Assembly (NCBI GenBank): GCA_022823235.1
Contig: JAJDXO010000059.1
Location: 45,393 to 109,392, forward strand
Reading direction: 5' to 3'
DNA from: Rhodospirillales bacterium
GTDB lineage: Bacteria; Pseudomonadota; Alphaproteobacteria; Rhodospirillales; UBA2165
DNA length: 64,000 bases
Position numbers and translations under genes: made by a program. The notes below the pieces were generated by a model, which did no database searches, had not been told where the DNA came from, and worked only from the letters and a program-made list of their open reading frames with translations. Shown here one piece after another: positions 38,866 through 48,058 of this stretch; the first letter of the stretch is position 1; each line of letters begins with the position of its first letter.

Positions 38866-38948
38866 GTCATGGCCGGGCCCAGACCCGGCCATCCACGTGC
38901 ACCAGCGACCGCCAGACGTGGATCACCGGGTCAAGCCCGGTGATGACG
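38866..38948. repeat. REP-like double-hairpin intergenic element (family copy 2)
   Basis: ATGGCCGGG/CCCGGCCAT hairpin (38868-38891) followed by TGG-ATCACCGGG-N5-CCCGGTGAT-GACG (38919-38948). Same architecture as 11953-12024. Confidence 0.5.
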
Positions 38949-38989
38949 ACTTGCCGGTGAGTGAAGTGAGGGGGCTTGCCGTAACCGAC

Positions 38990-39028
38990 AAAAAAAGGCG
39001 GCCCCGCTCCAGATTCGGGGACCGCCTT
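38990..39028 (-). terminator. Intrinsic terminator downstream of the Prx-like gene
   Basis: The minus strand reads AAGGCGGTCCCC-loop-GGGGCCGCC followed by TTTTTTT. The plus-strand side is also T-rich, so it may also serve the DUF427 gene. Confidence 0.6.
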
Positions 39029-39051
39029 CTCTTTTCGCTTGAACCGGCGGC

Positions 39052-39699
39052 TCAGCCGAGGGCCGCGAGATCGGCCAGGGTCTTCTCGGGCTCGGGCCGG
39101 GTGGTGTAGTTCGGGTGAATATCGGCCGCCCGGACAACGCCGGAGCCGTCGATCACCAGCCGCGACGGAATGGGCAGCGTCCAGCTGTCGTCGCCATTGG
39201 TTCCCGGCAGGTCGAGACCGAAACCCTCGTAAATCTTCTTCACGTCGTCCGGCACCTGGAACTTGATGCCGAGTTCGGCGGCATAGTCGTTGCCGGCGTC
39301 GGTGAGGATATCGAAGGTCAGGTCGTGCTTCTCGACCATGGCCTGGGTCTTTTCGGACAGCTGGGGGCAGAGCGCCAGCAAGGTCGCGCCGGCGGCTTCG
39401 ATCTGGTCCTGTACTTCCTGCAAAGCGTACAGCTCCGCATTACAGTAGGGTCACCATTCCCCCCGGTAAACGGTCAGGACCACCGGGCCCTTGGCCAGCA
39501 GATCGGCCGAATTCACCGTCTCGCCCCGCGAATTGGGGAGCGAGAAAGCCGGCAGGGTGTCGCCGGCCTGGATGCAGGTATCGAGGATGCCGGATTCCGC
39601 CAGCTCCTTGGTCGCGGCGCCCATGACGGCCCGAACCTCTTCGGGCATCCGCTTGGCGCCGGCCTCGCGGATGGCGGCAAGTTTTTCTTCTAAGCTCAT
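39052..39699 (-). CDS. Peroxiredoxin-like (AhpC/TSA, PRX_like2-type) protein with in-frame TGA (39451-39453), candidate selenocysteine in a U-P-Y-C motif
   Basis: Track ORFs 39451-39699 and 39052-39423 are in one frame (648 nt total). Read through, the junction is VLTVYRGEW[TGA]PYCNAELYALQEV, which is the FYRGxWCPxC redox motif with the stop at the first Cys. Confidence 0.65.
39409..39432 (-). other. Weak candidate SECIS hairpin
   Basis: On the mRNA, CUGUAC-GCUUUGCAGGAA-GUACAG (6-bp stem, 12-nt loop beginning with G) starts 18 nt after the UGA. It is less convincing than the hairpin at 18419-18445. Confidence 0.25.
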
Positions 39700-39822
39700 T
39701 TAATTCTCCACGTTTCACTCAGGTTCTGATCCTGAGACTGTCTCCACTTTAGAGCAGCGATGGAGCCTTGGCGATAACGTTCCAGGCGGTGCGTTCCGCC
39801 GCATCCGGTCCGCGAAACCGGG

Positions 39823-40827
39823 CTATTCGGCGGCGTCGAATTCGCCGTAATGGGGATAGGTATTGGCCATGTACCAGCGATAGAAATCCCAGTAGGACTC
39901 GGTCGGGTACCTGGGCGGATTATCGGGCCCGGTACAGGTGGGCAGACATTCGCACACCGGCTCGAACGCACTGTTCACAAACAGCGCGATGGAGTAGCGA
40001 TCCGCGTCCCTGGGCGGAATGACCCGGTGGGGCGTGGCGCGGAACCGGTCGTTGGACCAGCGTTCAAGAAACTGGCCGGTATTGACCAGAATGGCGTCGT
40101 CCATGCGCGGCGGGCGGAACCAGTTGCCGTCGACGTCGAGAATTTCCAGCCCATCCACGTCGGCCTGCGGCAGAAAGGTCATGAAGCCCGTATCGGCATG
40201 GGGACCGAGTCCGAACTCGTTGTCCCCCAGATCCGGCACCGGCGGATAGTGAGCCATCCGGAAATAGGTGTAGTTGTTCTCGAAATACGGTTTGAAGAAG
40301 TCTTTCTCCAAATCCAGCGCCATCGCCCAAACCGGCAACAGCGTCTTGCCGAGATTTGTCAGCGTGGCCATGTATTCCCGAACCGTTTCCCGGAAACCGG
40401 GCAGATCGTCCGGCCACTGGTTTTCGTCGTAGAAGAATTTGCCTGCCTGCCGGTTGGGGTCGTCTTCGGGGTATTCGGTCGCGAACACCATCACTTCGGT
40501 GCTGTCGAACTTGGTGTTCTCGTTGTAGGTGGAGTGCTTGACCATGGTGAAGCCGGGCTTGATATATCCCCGCTGGTTCACGTTGATCTCGAGCTTCATC
40601 TTTTCTTCGATGGGCAGATCGTGAAAGCGCCGGGTCTCGGAGAATATCCGCTTGATCAGGTCGTCGCCGACGCCATGATTGCGGATGAAAAAGAAGCCGA
40701 CATTCTCGCACGCGTCGCGGAATTGATCGGCCAACGCTTCCAGCGCGCCCTCCCCGCCCGCGAGAAAGGGGCCGATATCGAGCACCGGCAGCTCGCCGAT
40801 TTCGACTAAACGATCGTATTTTGCCAT
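39823..40827 (-). CDS. 2OG-Fe(II) oxygenase (isopenicillin-N-synthase-like family)
   Basis: LPVLDIGPFLAGGEG...FRDACENVGFFFIRNHGV and GLGPHADTGFMTFLPQ...RFRATPHRV (HxD...H, RxS-like). ATG 40827 chosen as start. Confidence 0.8.
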   Translation of the reverse strand: MAKYDRLVEIGELPVLDIGPFLAGGEGALEALADQFRDACENVGFFFIRNHGVGDDLIKRIFSETRRFHDLPIEEKMKLEINVNQRGYIKPGFTMVKHSTYNENTKFDSTEVMVFATEYPEDDPNRQAGKFFYDENQWPDDLPGFRETVREYMATLTNLGKTLLPVWAMALDLEKDFFKPYFENNYTYFRMAHYPPVPDLGDNEFGLGPHADTGFMTFLPQADVDGLEILDVDGNWFRPPRMDDAILVNTGQFLERWSNDRFRATPHRVIPPRDADRYSIALFVNSAFEPVCECLPTCTGPDNPPRYPTESYWDFYRWYMANTYPHYGEFDAAE

Positions 40828-40960
40828 GACCCAAGGCTCCCAGTCGGCCGTCCACATGCATCCAAAATTTCGCCACCCTTCTTCGGGTGGACATTTGCCC
40901 GGTATTGAACGCTAATTCAACCGGAATTTGAAGCCATATCGAACTTTGAGGATGGACGGA

Positions 40961-41854
40961 ATGGGACAAGTGGCGGGCATCATCGGCTTGGGCATCATGG
41001 GATCGGCCTTCAGCCGGAATATGATGAAGAACGGCGTACAGGTTATCGGTTACGACATCGACGACGGCAAATTGGACGGCCTGGCCAAGGAGGGGCTGAC
41101 GCGGGCCGGATCCCCGGCCGATGTCGCCCGCCAGGCGGACGTGGTGATCACCTCCCTTCCCTCGCCGGCCGCCTTCCACGCGGTGATGACCGGGGAGAAT
41201 GGTCTCGCGTCGTCGGGCAAGACCGGTCTGGTGGTCGCCGACACGTGCACCCTCACCGTCGAGGACAAGCAGAAGGCGTTCGATGCCCTCGCGCCCCATG
41301 ACGTCATCCTGCTTGACTGTCCGGTGAGCGGCACCGGCGCGCAAGCCGCCAACGCCGATCTGGCCATACTCGGGTCGGGCGACGAGGCGGCCTTCCGGAA
41401 AGCAAAACCCATACTCGAAAGTTTTTCGCGAAACGCGCACTATGTCGGCGCCTTCGGCAACGGCTCCAAGACCAAATACGTCGCCAACCTGCTGGTTGCC
41501 ATCCACAACGTGTCGGCCGCCGAGGCATTGGTGTTGGGACAAAAAGCGGGCTTGGACCCGGCAACCTTGCTGGCCGTCCTTCAGGATGGCGCCGGGAACT
41601 CCCGCATGCTGGAAATGCGGGGACCGATGATGGTGGCCAACGACTACGATTCGAAGGTGTCCGCCACCATGATCACCCAGGACAAGGACATGGGAATCAT
41701 CGACGCTTTCATCGACGGCGTGGGCGCACCCGCCCCGTTATTCAAGGCAACGCTCGACCTGTACAAGGCAGCGCTCTCCCAGGGACTGGAGAACAGCGAT
41801 ACCGCGTCGGTCTGCGCGGTACTGGAAAACATGGCCGGCATGGAACGCGATTGA
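40961..41854 (+). CDS. NAD(P)-dependent 3-hydroxyisobutyrate-dehydrogenase-like oxidoreductase
   Basis: Rossmann motif GIIGLGIMGSAF and the beta-hydroxyacid dehydrogenase pattern GSGDEAAF...GNGSKTKYVANLL. Confidence 0.8.
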   Translation: MGQVAGIIGLGIMGSAFSRNMMKNGVQVIGYDIDDGKLDGLAKEGLTRAGSPADVARQADVVITSLPSPAAFHAVMTGENGLASSGKTGLVVADTCTLTVEDKQKAFDALAPHDVILLDCPVSGTGAQAANADLAILGSGDEAAFRKAKPILESFSRNAHYVGAFGNGSKTKYVANLLVAIHNVSAAEALVLGQKAGLDPATLLAVLQDGAGNSRMLEMRGPMMVANDYDSKVSATMITQDKDMGIIDAFIDGVGAPAPLFKATLDLYKAALSQGLENSDTASVCAVLENMAGMERD

Positions 41855-41929
41855 TTCGGCCCGGCCGATCGGCAAATCCCGACAGGCGCGGCCATGGTCA
41901 CGGACCGGGAAACGCGCTAAACCAGACAG

Positions 41930-42718
41930 GTGAACGAAACGGCAAATCCCAAGATCAGGCTGGAGGGCGTGACCAAGAGCTTTGGTGACGAGCATGTGCT
42001 GCGCGGCATCGATTTGGAGGTCGGCGACGGCGAATCGGTGGTGCTTGTCGGCCCGTCGGCCTGCGGCAAGACCCTGTTGTTCAAATGTATACTCGGACTG
42101 ATCCGGCCCGATTCCGGGTCGATCAGGATCGACGGCAAGGAAACCGTCGGCCTTGCCCCCGGCGAGCGGGAGCCGCTATTGCGGCGGGTCGGCATGCTGT
42201 TTCAGCAGTCCGCCCTATTCGACAGCCTGAGCATTTGGGAGAACGTCGCCTTCCGGCTGATTCAAAGCCGCCGGGTGCCGCGTACCGAGGCGCGCCGGCT
42301 GGCGGTGGAACAGCTCTCTCAAGTGGGAATGGACCCGGAGGTCGCCGACCTGTTGCCGGCGGAACTTTCGGGCGGCATGCAGAAGCGGGTCGGATTCGCC
42401 CGGGCGATTGCCGGCGATCCGGAGATCGTCTTCCTTGACGAGCCCACCGCCGGCCTCGATCCGATCATGAGCAATATCATCAACGAGTTGATCCTGGATG
42501 GGGTCCGCCGGCTAGGCGCGACGACGCTGTCGATCACGTCGGACATGTCGGGCGCCCGGATGATTTCCGACCGTATCGCCATGCTCCATGACGGCAAGAT
42601 CATCTGGCAGGGACCAACGGATCAGGTGGATGCCGCCGGCAACCCCTATCTCGATCAGTTCATCCACAGCCGCGCCGAAGGCCCCATCGAGACGGTGATC
42701 ACCCCCGACCCCGCCTGA
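41930..42718 (+). CDS. ABC transporter ATP-binding protein (MlaF-like), no adjacent permease
   Basis: Walker A GPSACGKT, signature LSGGMQKRV, Walker B IVFLDEPT. GTG start. Confidence 0.8.
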   Translation: MNETANPKIRLEGVTKSFGDEHVLRGIDLEVGDGESVVLVGPSACGKTLLFKCILGLIRPDSGSIRIDGKETVGLAPGEREPLLRRVGMLFQQSALFDSLSIWENVAFRLIQSRRVPRTEARRLAVEQLSQVGMDPEVADLLPAELSGGMQKRVGFARAIAGDPEIVFLDEPTAGLDPIMSNIINELILDGVRRLGATTLSITSDMSGARMISDRIAMLHDGKIIWQGPTDQVDAAGNPYLDQFIHSRAEGPIETVITPDPA

Positions 42719-42767
42719 CAACCGCCAAGTGCTTGCCGCCCCCCGGCTGAAGTGATAGCCAAATTGA

Positions 42768-43565
42768 ATGTCCAGCCCTACGCCGAGACCCCTCGTCGGA
42801 ATTCCCACCAGCGTGATGGAGATTACCGGCCGCAGTCATCGGGCCCATTACATCGGCCTGAACTACCCTGAGGCGGCGGCTGTGTTCTCCGGAGCGATGC
42901 CCGTCCTCCTGCCCGCCCGCGCGCATGACCTCGACGTCGAAGGAACCTGCGCGCAGATCGACGGACTGCTGCTCTCCGGCGGGCGCGCGAACATCGAGCC
43001 TCATCACTACGGGGGGCCGCCGTTTCCCGACGACGAACCCATCGATCCCGATCGGGATAACGTGGTCCTGCCGCTGATCCGCGGCTGCGTAGATGCCGGT
43101 GTGCCGGTCTTCGGAACCTGCCGCGGCCTGCAGGAAATGAATGTCGCTCTCGGCGGAAGCCTGCACTACCGGATTCATTTACTGCCCGGCAAGTTGGACC
43201 ACCGGATGCCGCGGGGCGACGACGTCACTACCGAGGACGTCATGGGTCTCAAACACACCATCAGACTGACGAGCGGCGGCCTGTTTCATTCCCTGGTCGG
43301 CACGGACGAGGTGATGGTCAACTCGCTGCACGGTCAGGGCGTGGACCGGCTTGCGGACGGCTTTGAGGTGGAAGCCGTATCGCCGGACGGGGTCATCGAA
43401 GGAATTAACCTGGTGGGCGCCAAGTCGTTTGCCGTCGGTGTGCAATGGCACGCTGAATGGAAGCCCGGCGAGCATGAACTGTCGAGAAAGCTGTTCGAGG
43501 CCTTCGGCGACGCGGCACGGGAACGGGCCGCCAAACGGCGCAACGGCGTCGGGTCAATCGACTAG
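42768..43565 (+). CDS. Gamma-glutamyl-gamma-aminobutyrate hydrolase family (PuuD-like, peptidase C26 / class I amidotransferase)
   Basis: GTCRGLQEMNVALGGSL (nucleophile Cys) and VQWHAEW. Confidence 0.8.
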   Translation: MSSPTPRPLVGIPTSVMEITGRSHRAHYIGLNYPEAAAVFSGAMPVLLPARAHDLDVEGTCAQIDGLLLSGGRANIEPHHYGGPPFPDDEPIDPDRDNVVLPLIRGCVDAGVPVFGTCRGLQEMNVALGGSLHYRIHLLPGKLDHRMPRGDDVTTEDVMGLKHTIRLTSGGLFHSLVGTDEVMVNSLHGQGVDRLADGFEVEAVSPDGVIEGINLVGAKSFAVGVQWHAEWKPGEHELSRKLFEAFGDAARERAAKRRNGVGSID

Positions 43566-44020
43566 AACGTCGATAAGTTGTCTTCCAGCGCGGTCCGCAG
43601 GTCCCCCTCGATCCGCGACGCCTTCCCCGTCTCCGCATCCACGCACACGGTGATGGTCTCGGCGACGGCGATGCATTTGTCTCCCTGAAATACCCCCTGC
43701 CCCATCGTATAGGAACTGCCGCCGACCCGCAGGACGACGGTTCCCACGTCAACCTCACCCGGGTAGCTCAACTCCGAAATATATTCCACGGTGAACTTCA
43801 CCACCACGAAGCCGGCGAGAATATCGACGGCCTCGCCGGGCATCTTGGCAATGCGGAAATCGACCCGGCCGTCCTCGAAGAATTGGTTGATGGCGATGTT
43901 GTTGACATGGTTGTTGGGGTCGAGATCGTTGTAGCGGATTCGCTCGGTGACCCAAGTCGCGTAGCCCTCGCGGGTTCGCAATGCGGGGTCGGGAACCGGT
44001 GCAGGTGTCGTGTCGTTCAT
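43562..44020 (-). CDS. Hotdog-fold acyl-CoA thioesterase (YbgC/FadM-like)
   Basis: 152 aa with VTERIRYNDLDPNNHVNNIAINQFFEDGR (catalytic Asp context). Confidence 0.75.
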   Translation of the reverse strand: MNDTTPAPVPDPALRTREGYATWVTERIRYNDLDPNNHVNNIAINQFFEDGRVDFRIAKMPGEAVDILAGFVVVKFTVEYISELSYPGEVDVGTVVLRVGGSSYTMGQGVFQGDKCIAVAETITVCVDAETGKASRIEGDLRTALEDNLSTF

Positions 44021-44134
44021 GGAAGCGTTTTACTTGGCCGGGGCCATTTCGGCGAGTACGGATCGCATGGACGCCGCCAAGTCCATTTCACCCCGCAGGC
44101 GGGCGCGGGCGTCCGGCGAGACGCCTGCCGCCGG

Positions 44135-45130
44135 CTAGCCCCTGACCTCGGATTGTTTCCGCGCCGCCTTGACCCGTGAAACGCGGCCCTTGGCTTCGGT
44201 CGCATCCTTCTTGGTCCGGGTGGGCGGCAGGCGCTTGCCCTTGGGCAAGCCGGTCAGGAACCACTCGGCGAAGGTGTCGGGATGGGGGTCGTAGCTCTTG
44301 GGCTTCCAGTTCTCGGTGCAGAAGTCCTCATCGCAGAAATACTCGTTGGGAGCGCCGACGGGGCTCTGGACGTACCAGAAGTAGCACGACGAGACGATAT
44401 GCCGGCCGGGTCCGACCGCGGTTTCCCAGCCGTTCTTCTGCATATACTGGCCGCCGCCGATCATTTCGCTGACGTCGCGCACCGCGAAGGCCAGATGGTT
44501 GAGGCCCGGCTCATCGTCGTGAAGGAGAAACACTTGATGGTGTCCGGCGCGGATGGCCGACCGGAGAAACACGCCGCGGCCGGTGTAGCGGTCGGTGAGG
44601 TGGAATCCCAGCCGCTTGCGGTAAAAGTTCTCCATCGCCTTCAGGTCGGGGACATTAAAGACGATGTGACCGATGCCCACCGGTTTGGCGCGGTCGTAAT
44701 AGATCGCGCGCTCGTCGACCCGGTGGACGTTTTCCGGACCGTTCATCGGGATGATTACCGGCTTCACGTTGATCCGCCGGCTGACCCGGAAACCGAGGCA
44801 CAATCCCATCGGATCGGTCACATAGAACGTGCCGTCCCTGTCCTCGGTGATTTCGTGATCCTTTTCGAGATCGGCCTTGAGCGCCTTCAGGTTATCCCGG
44901 GTATCGACGCCCCAGACCAAAATCCGAATGGTGGAGCCCTTCTCGAAGGCCGGCGGCAGGTGCTTCGCCGTCCGCGGGAAGATCTCGACGCGGGATTTAT
45001 TGGATGCTTCGTAGATCGAATGCTTCGGCGTGCTCTTGATTTTCTTGAGCCCGAAGTCGGTATAGAACTGCTGCGCCTTCTTCATGCTCTCGACGCCGAA
45101 GACCACGCGATCGACACCTACAATAGCCAT
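44135..45130 (-). CDS. Two-domain VOC (glyoxalase / extradiol dioxygenase) family protein with Lys/Arg-rich tail
   Basis: 331 aa with VGVDRVVFGVESMKKAQQFYTDFG and IGHIVFNVPDLKAMENFYRKRLGF repeats of the VOC fold. Confidence 0.7.
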   Translation of the reverse strand: MAIVGVDRVVFGVESMKKAQQFYTDFGLKKIKSTPKHSIYEASNKSRVEIFPRTAKHLPPAFEKGSTIRILVWGVDTRDNLKALKADLEKDHEITEDRDGTFYVTDPMGLCLGFRVSRRINVKPVIIPMNGPENVHRVDERAIYYDRAKPVGIGHIVFNVPDLKAMENFYRKRLGFHLTDRYTGRGVFLRSAIRAGHHQVFLLHDDEPGLNHLAFAVRDVSEMIGGGQYMQKNGWETAVGPGRHIVSSCYFWYVQSPVGAPNEYFCDEDFCTENWKPKSYDPHPDTFAEWFLTGLPKGKRLPPTRTKKDATEAKGRVSRVKAARKQSEVRG

Positions 45131-45227
45131 AATTCCTCACCCGCGATGGACGATTGTTGTTCGCGGCGGACATTAGCACCGGCGGGCGGGCATCCAAATT
45201 AGGCCGCCCCGAATGTCCGTCGCTCGG

Positions 45228-45710
45228 TCAGCTATTGAAGTCCAGCATGGCCGGCGAGATCAAGACGCCGAAAGCCTCGCACCAGATGACGACGCTCTTG
45301 AAGTCCTTCAGGTTTACCGAGGCGGGAATGGCATAGTTCTGGCTGCCCTTGAAGGCGCGAAGCCCGCCGAGGTCGAAATACTCGGCGTTCTTGACGTCCG
45401 CCGAGCGTTTGATGCCGGCCGCCTTCGACAAATAGACGTGGTACTTCGGCCCGGGGCCGACGTTGAAATCCTTGCCCAGATGAACCTCGTCGGCGAAGAC
45501 CGTCACTTTGCCGGAGCCGAAATGCACCGGATCGGCGGGGTTTGCGTGAATGAACGTGCCGGTTGCGACCACCGCCTTGGTGTCGGCTATGGCTTCGTCG
45601 GCAACGATATCCGACTGGAATATGAACGGGAACACGAAGATACCGACCGCAAACCCGAAACCGGTGCCGGCGACACCGCCCAAAAGGAACCAAAAGATAA
45701 TCTTCTTCAT
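45228..45710 (-). CDS. DM13-domain protein with N-terminal membrane anchor
   Basis: 160 aa with the TM segment IIFWFLLGGVAGTGFGFAVGIFVF, then GTFIHANPADPVHFGSGKVTVF...GPGPKYHVYL...VVIWCEAFGV, resembling DM13. Confidence 0.55.
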   Translation of the reverse strand: MKKIIFWFLLGGVAGTGFGFAVGIFVFPFIFQSDIVADEAIADTKAVVATGTFIHANPADPVHFGSGKVTVFADEVHLGKDFNVGPGPKYHVYLSKAAGIKRSADVKNAEYFDLGGLRAFKGSQNYAIPASVNLKDFKSVVIWCEAFGVLISPAMLDFNS

Positions 45711-45760
45711 CGCGTGTTCTCCATCAGCAACAGTGTGCTCCTGCCCCGCTGATAAATGAC

Positions 45761-46663
45761 CTATACCAGTTGGTATTCCCCATCCGGCGAAACTTCTCCG
45801 ACGGACACCAGCCGGCCCGTGTCGATCATATGGATGATGTGGGCGAGAACCGAACGACGGGCCGCGGGAATTAGCCGCTCATCGAGCCCCTGGTACATGG
45901 AAGTAACCATCTCGGGGATATGATTCAACCCCCGTTCGATACACTTGGTGATCTGGGTCTCCCGCTGCCGGCGGTGCGCAATCAACGCCCGGACGTATGA
46001 CCTCGGATTTTCCACGGGGTGGCCGTGGGTCGGCCAATAGACGGCTTCATCCCGTTCGGTGAGACGTTGGAGACTCGCCATATAAGCGCCCATGTCGCCA
46101 TCCGGCGGAGAGACGACGGTGGTCGACCAGCCCATCACATGATCCCCGGGAAACAGTGCGTTCTCTTCCCGGAGTGCGTAACACATGTGGTTCGACGTAT
46201 GGCCCGGCGTGAAGACGCATTCCAGGCTCCACCCCTCGCCCTCGATGACGTCACCGTCGCGGACCTCCACATCGGGGATGAAGTCCCGGTCTCCTCCTTC
46301 CTCCAGCGTCGGGCTGTCCCCCGTCTGGCCCGAACCGTGGGGGCCATAGGCATAGGTCATGGCGCCGGTCGCCTCCTGCACCGGTCCGGCCGCCGGGGAA
46401 TGATCGTGGTGCGTATGGGTGACGACGATGTGCGACACGGTCTCGCCGGAGAGCGCCTTCAGCTGGGCGTCGATATGTTCCTCCAGATCCGGACCGGGAT
46501 CGATGATCGCCACCTCTCCATGCCCGACGATGTAGGTCCCCGTCCCCTTGTAGGTAAACGGGCCGGGATTGCGGGCGACGATGCGCCGGATCAACGGCGA
46601 AACCGTCTCGATCACCGCATACTTGGCATCGAAGTCACGCCGGAATTTGAGCTCGCCGGTCAT
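45761..46663 (-). CDS. MBL-fold metallo-hydrolase
   Basis: HIVVTHTHHDH motif. 300 aa. Confidence 0.8.
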   Translation of the reverse strand: MTGELKFRRDFDAKYAVIETVSPLIRRIVARNPGPFTYKGTGTYIVGHGEVAIIDPGPDLEEHIDAQLKALSGETVSHIVVTHTHHDHSPAAGPVQEATGAMTYAYGPHGSGQTGDSPTLEEGGDRDFIPDVEVRDGDVIEGEGWSLECVFTPGHTSNHMCYALREENALFPGDHVMGWSTTVVSPPDGDMGAYMASLQRLTERDEAVYWPTHGHPVENPRSYVRALIAHRRQRETQITKCIERGLNHIPEMVTSMYQGLDERLIPAARRSVLAHIIHMIDTGRLVSVGEVSPDGEYQLV

Positions 46664-46678
46664 GTGCGGAGTATACGG

Positions 46679-48058
46679 TTATTCCCCGGGGGTTCGAGAC
46701 GGGAGACGCAGGGACGCCCTCACACCGGGCCGGGCATCTTCGAGGTACAGCTCTCCATCGTGCAGGTGGGCTATTGCGCGGACGAGGCTCAGGCCCAGGC
46801 CGCTGCCGGTACTGTTGCGGCTGGCTTCGAGCCGGACAAATCTTTGAGTTACCCGCTCGCGATCGTTTTCGGGAATTCCCGGACCCGAATCGGTCACCGA
46901 GATTTCGACCGCGTCCCCGGACCGATCGGCGCGAATCACGATGGCGCCGCCGGTCTCCGAATACTTGATGGCGTTGTCGATGAGATTGGCCAGTGCTTGG
47001 GACAGAAGCTGCCGGTCGCCCGCGAAGTCGATATTCCCATGAACCGCCGCCGAAAGGCCGAGGCCCTTTTCCGCCGCCGCCGGCTCATAGAGTTCGGCGA
47101 GATCGTCGATGAACGGGCCGAGGTCGATTGTCTCCAGGGAAATCTCCAGTTGCCCCGCCTCGGCCTTGGCGATGTTCAGCAAAGCGTTGAAGGTGGTCAG
47201 AAGATCATCGGCTTCGGAGATCGTCGCCTCGAGCGCGTCGCGGAATTGTTCCGCGCTCCCCTCGCCCATGAGCGTGACTTCAAGACGGCTTCTGAGCCGG
47301 TTCAAGGGACTGCGAAGATCGTGGGCGATATTGTCGGTAACCTCGCGGAGGCTGTTCACCAGCCGCTCGATCTGGTCAAGCATCTCGTTGAGATTAAGCG
47401 CCAGTTGGTCCAACTCGTCGTTGGCGCCCCGGACCGGGATTCGCTGATCCAACTCGCCGGCCATGATTTCCCGGCTGGTCCGGTTGATGACCTCTACGCG
47501 GCGCAGCAGGTTGCGGCTCATGAGAATGCCGCCCGCCAAGCCCAGCGCCAAGGTCAACGCCAGCGCCCACGCGAGCGAGGTGCGGATGAACTCGATAACC
47601 TCGGACTGGCCGTGGATGTCGCGGCCGACCAGCAGTTGAAATTCACCGGGAACGATCAGGTGCCGCGCGCGGGCCGGATGGGTCTCGACCCTGCCCCCGA
47701 TGGGCCGCCGATAGGGAAATTCCAGCCACCCGCCCGGCCGGGTTTCCACCTCGGGCCAGGCGTTCAGGTTCCCGGCAATCACGAACCGGTTGCCGTCGGT
47801 CAGCAGATAGAGGCTCTGGCGCTGATTGCGGCTGCGCTCCCGAACGACGTCGGCGAGCCCCACCAGCCCCGAACGGCGATACTGTTCCGACAGGCCGGTA
47901 ATCTCCGCGGCGATGGTTTCGTCGGTCTGCGCCGTGGTGAGCCGGGCGGTCGACCAGTAAATGAAGCCAAGCAGCAACAAGACCGAAGCGCCGAACACCG
48001 ACAGGTAGATCAGCGACAGCCGGAAGGTCGACGTCTTGAACAGCTTAGGAAGGTTCAC
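46679..48058 (-). CDS. Sensor histidine kinase (2 TM, HAMP, HisKA, HATPase_c)
   Basis: H-box VTDNIAHDLRSPL, N-box NLIDNAIKY, G-boxes DSGPGIP and GSGLGLS. GTG 48058 overlaps the regulator stop by 14 nt. Confidence 0.85.
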   Translation of the reverse strand: MNLPKLFKTSTFRLSLIYLSVFGASVLLLLGFIYWSTARLTTAQTDETIAAEITGLSEQYRRSGLVGLADVVRERSRNQRQSLYLLTDGNRFVIAGNLNAWPEVETRPGGWLEFPYRRPIGGRVETHPARARHLIVPGEFQLLVGRDIHGQSEVIEFIRTSLAWALALTLALGLAGGILMSRNLLRRVEVINRTSREIMAGELDQRIPVRGANDELDQLALNLNEMLDQIERLVNSLREVTDNIAHDLRSPLNRLRSRLEVTLMGEGSAEQFRDALEATISEADDLLTTFNALLNIAKAEAGQLEISLETIDLGPFIDDLAELYEPAAAEKGLGLSAAVHGNIDFAGDRQLLSQALANLIDNAIKYSETGGAIVIRADRSGDAVEISVTDSGPGIPENDRERVTQRFVRLEASRNSTGSGLGLSLVRAIAHLHDGELYLEDARPGVRASLRLPSRTPGE

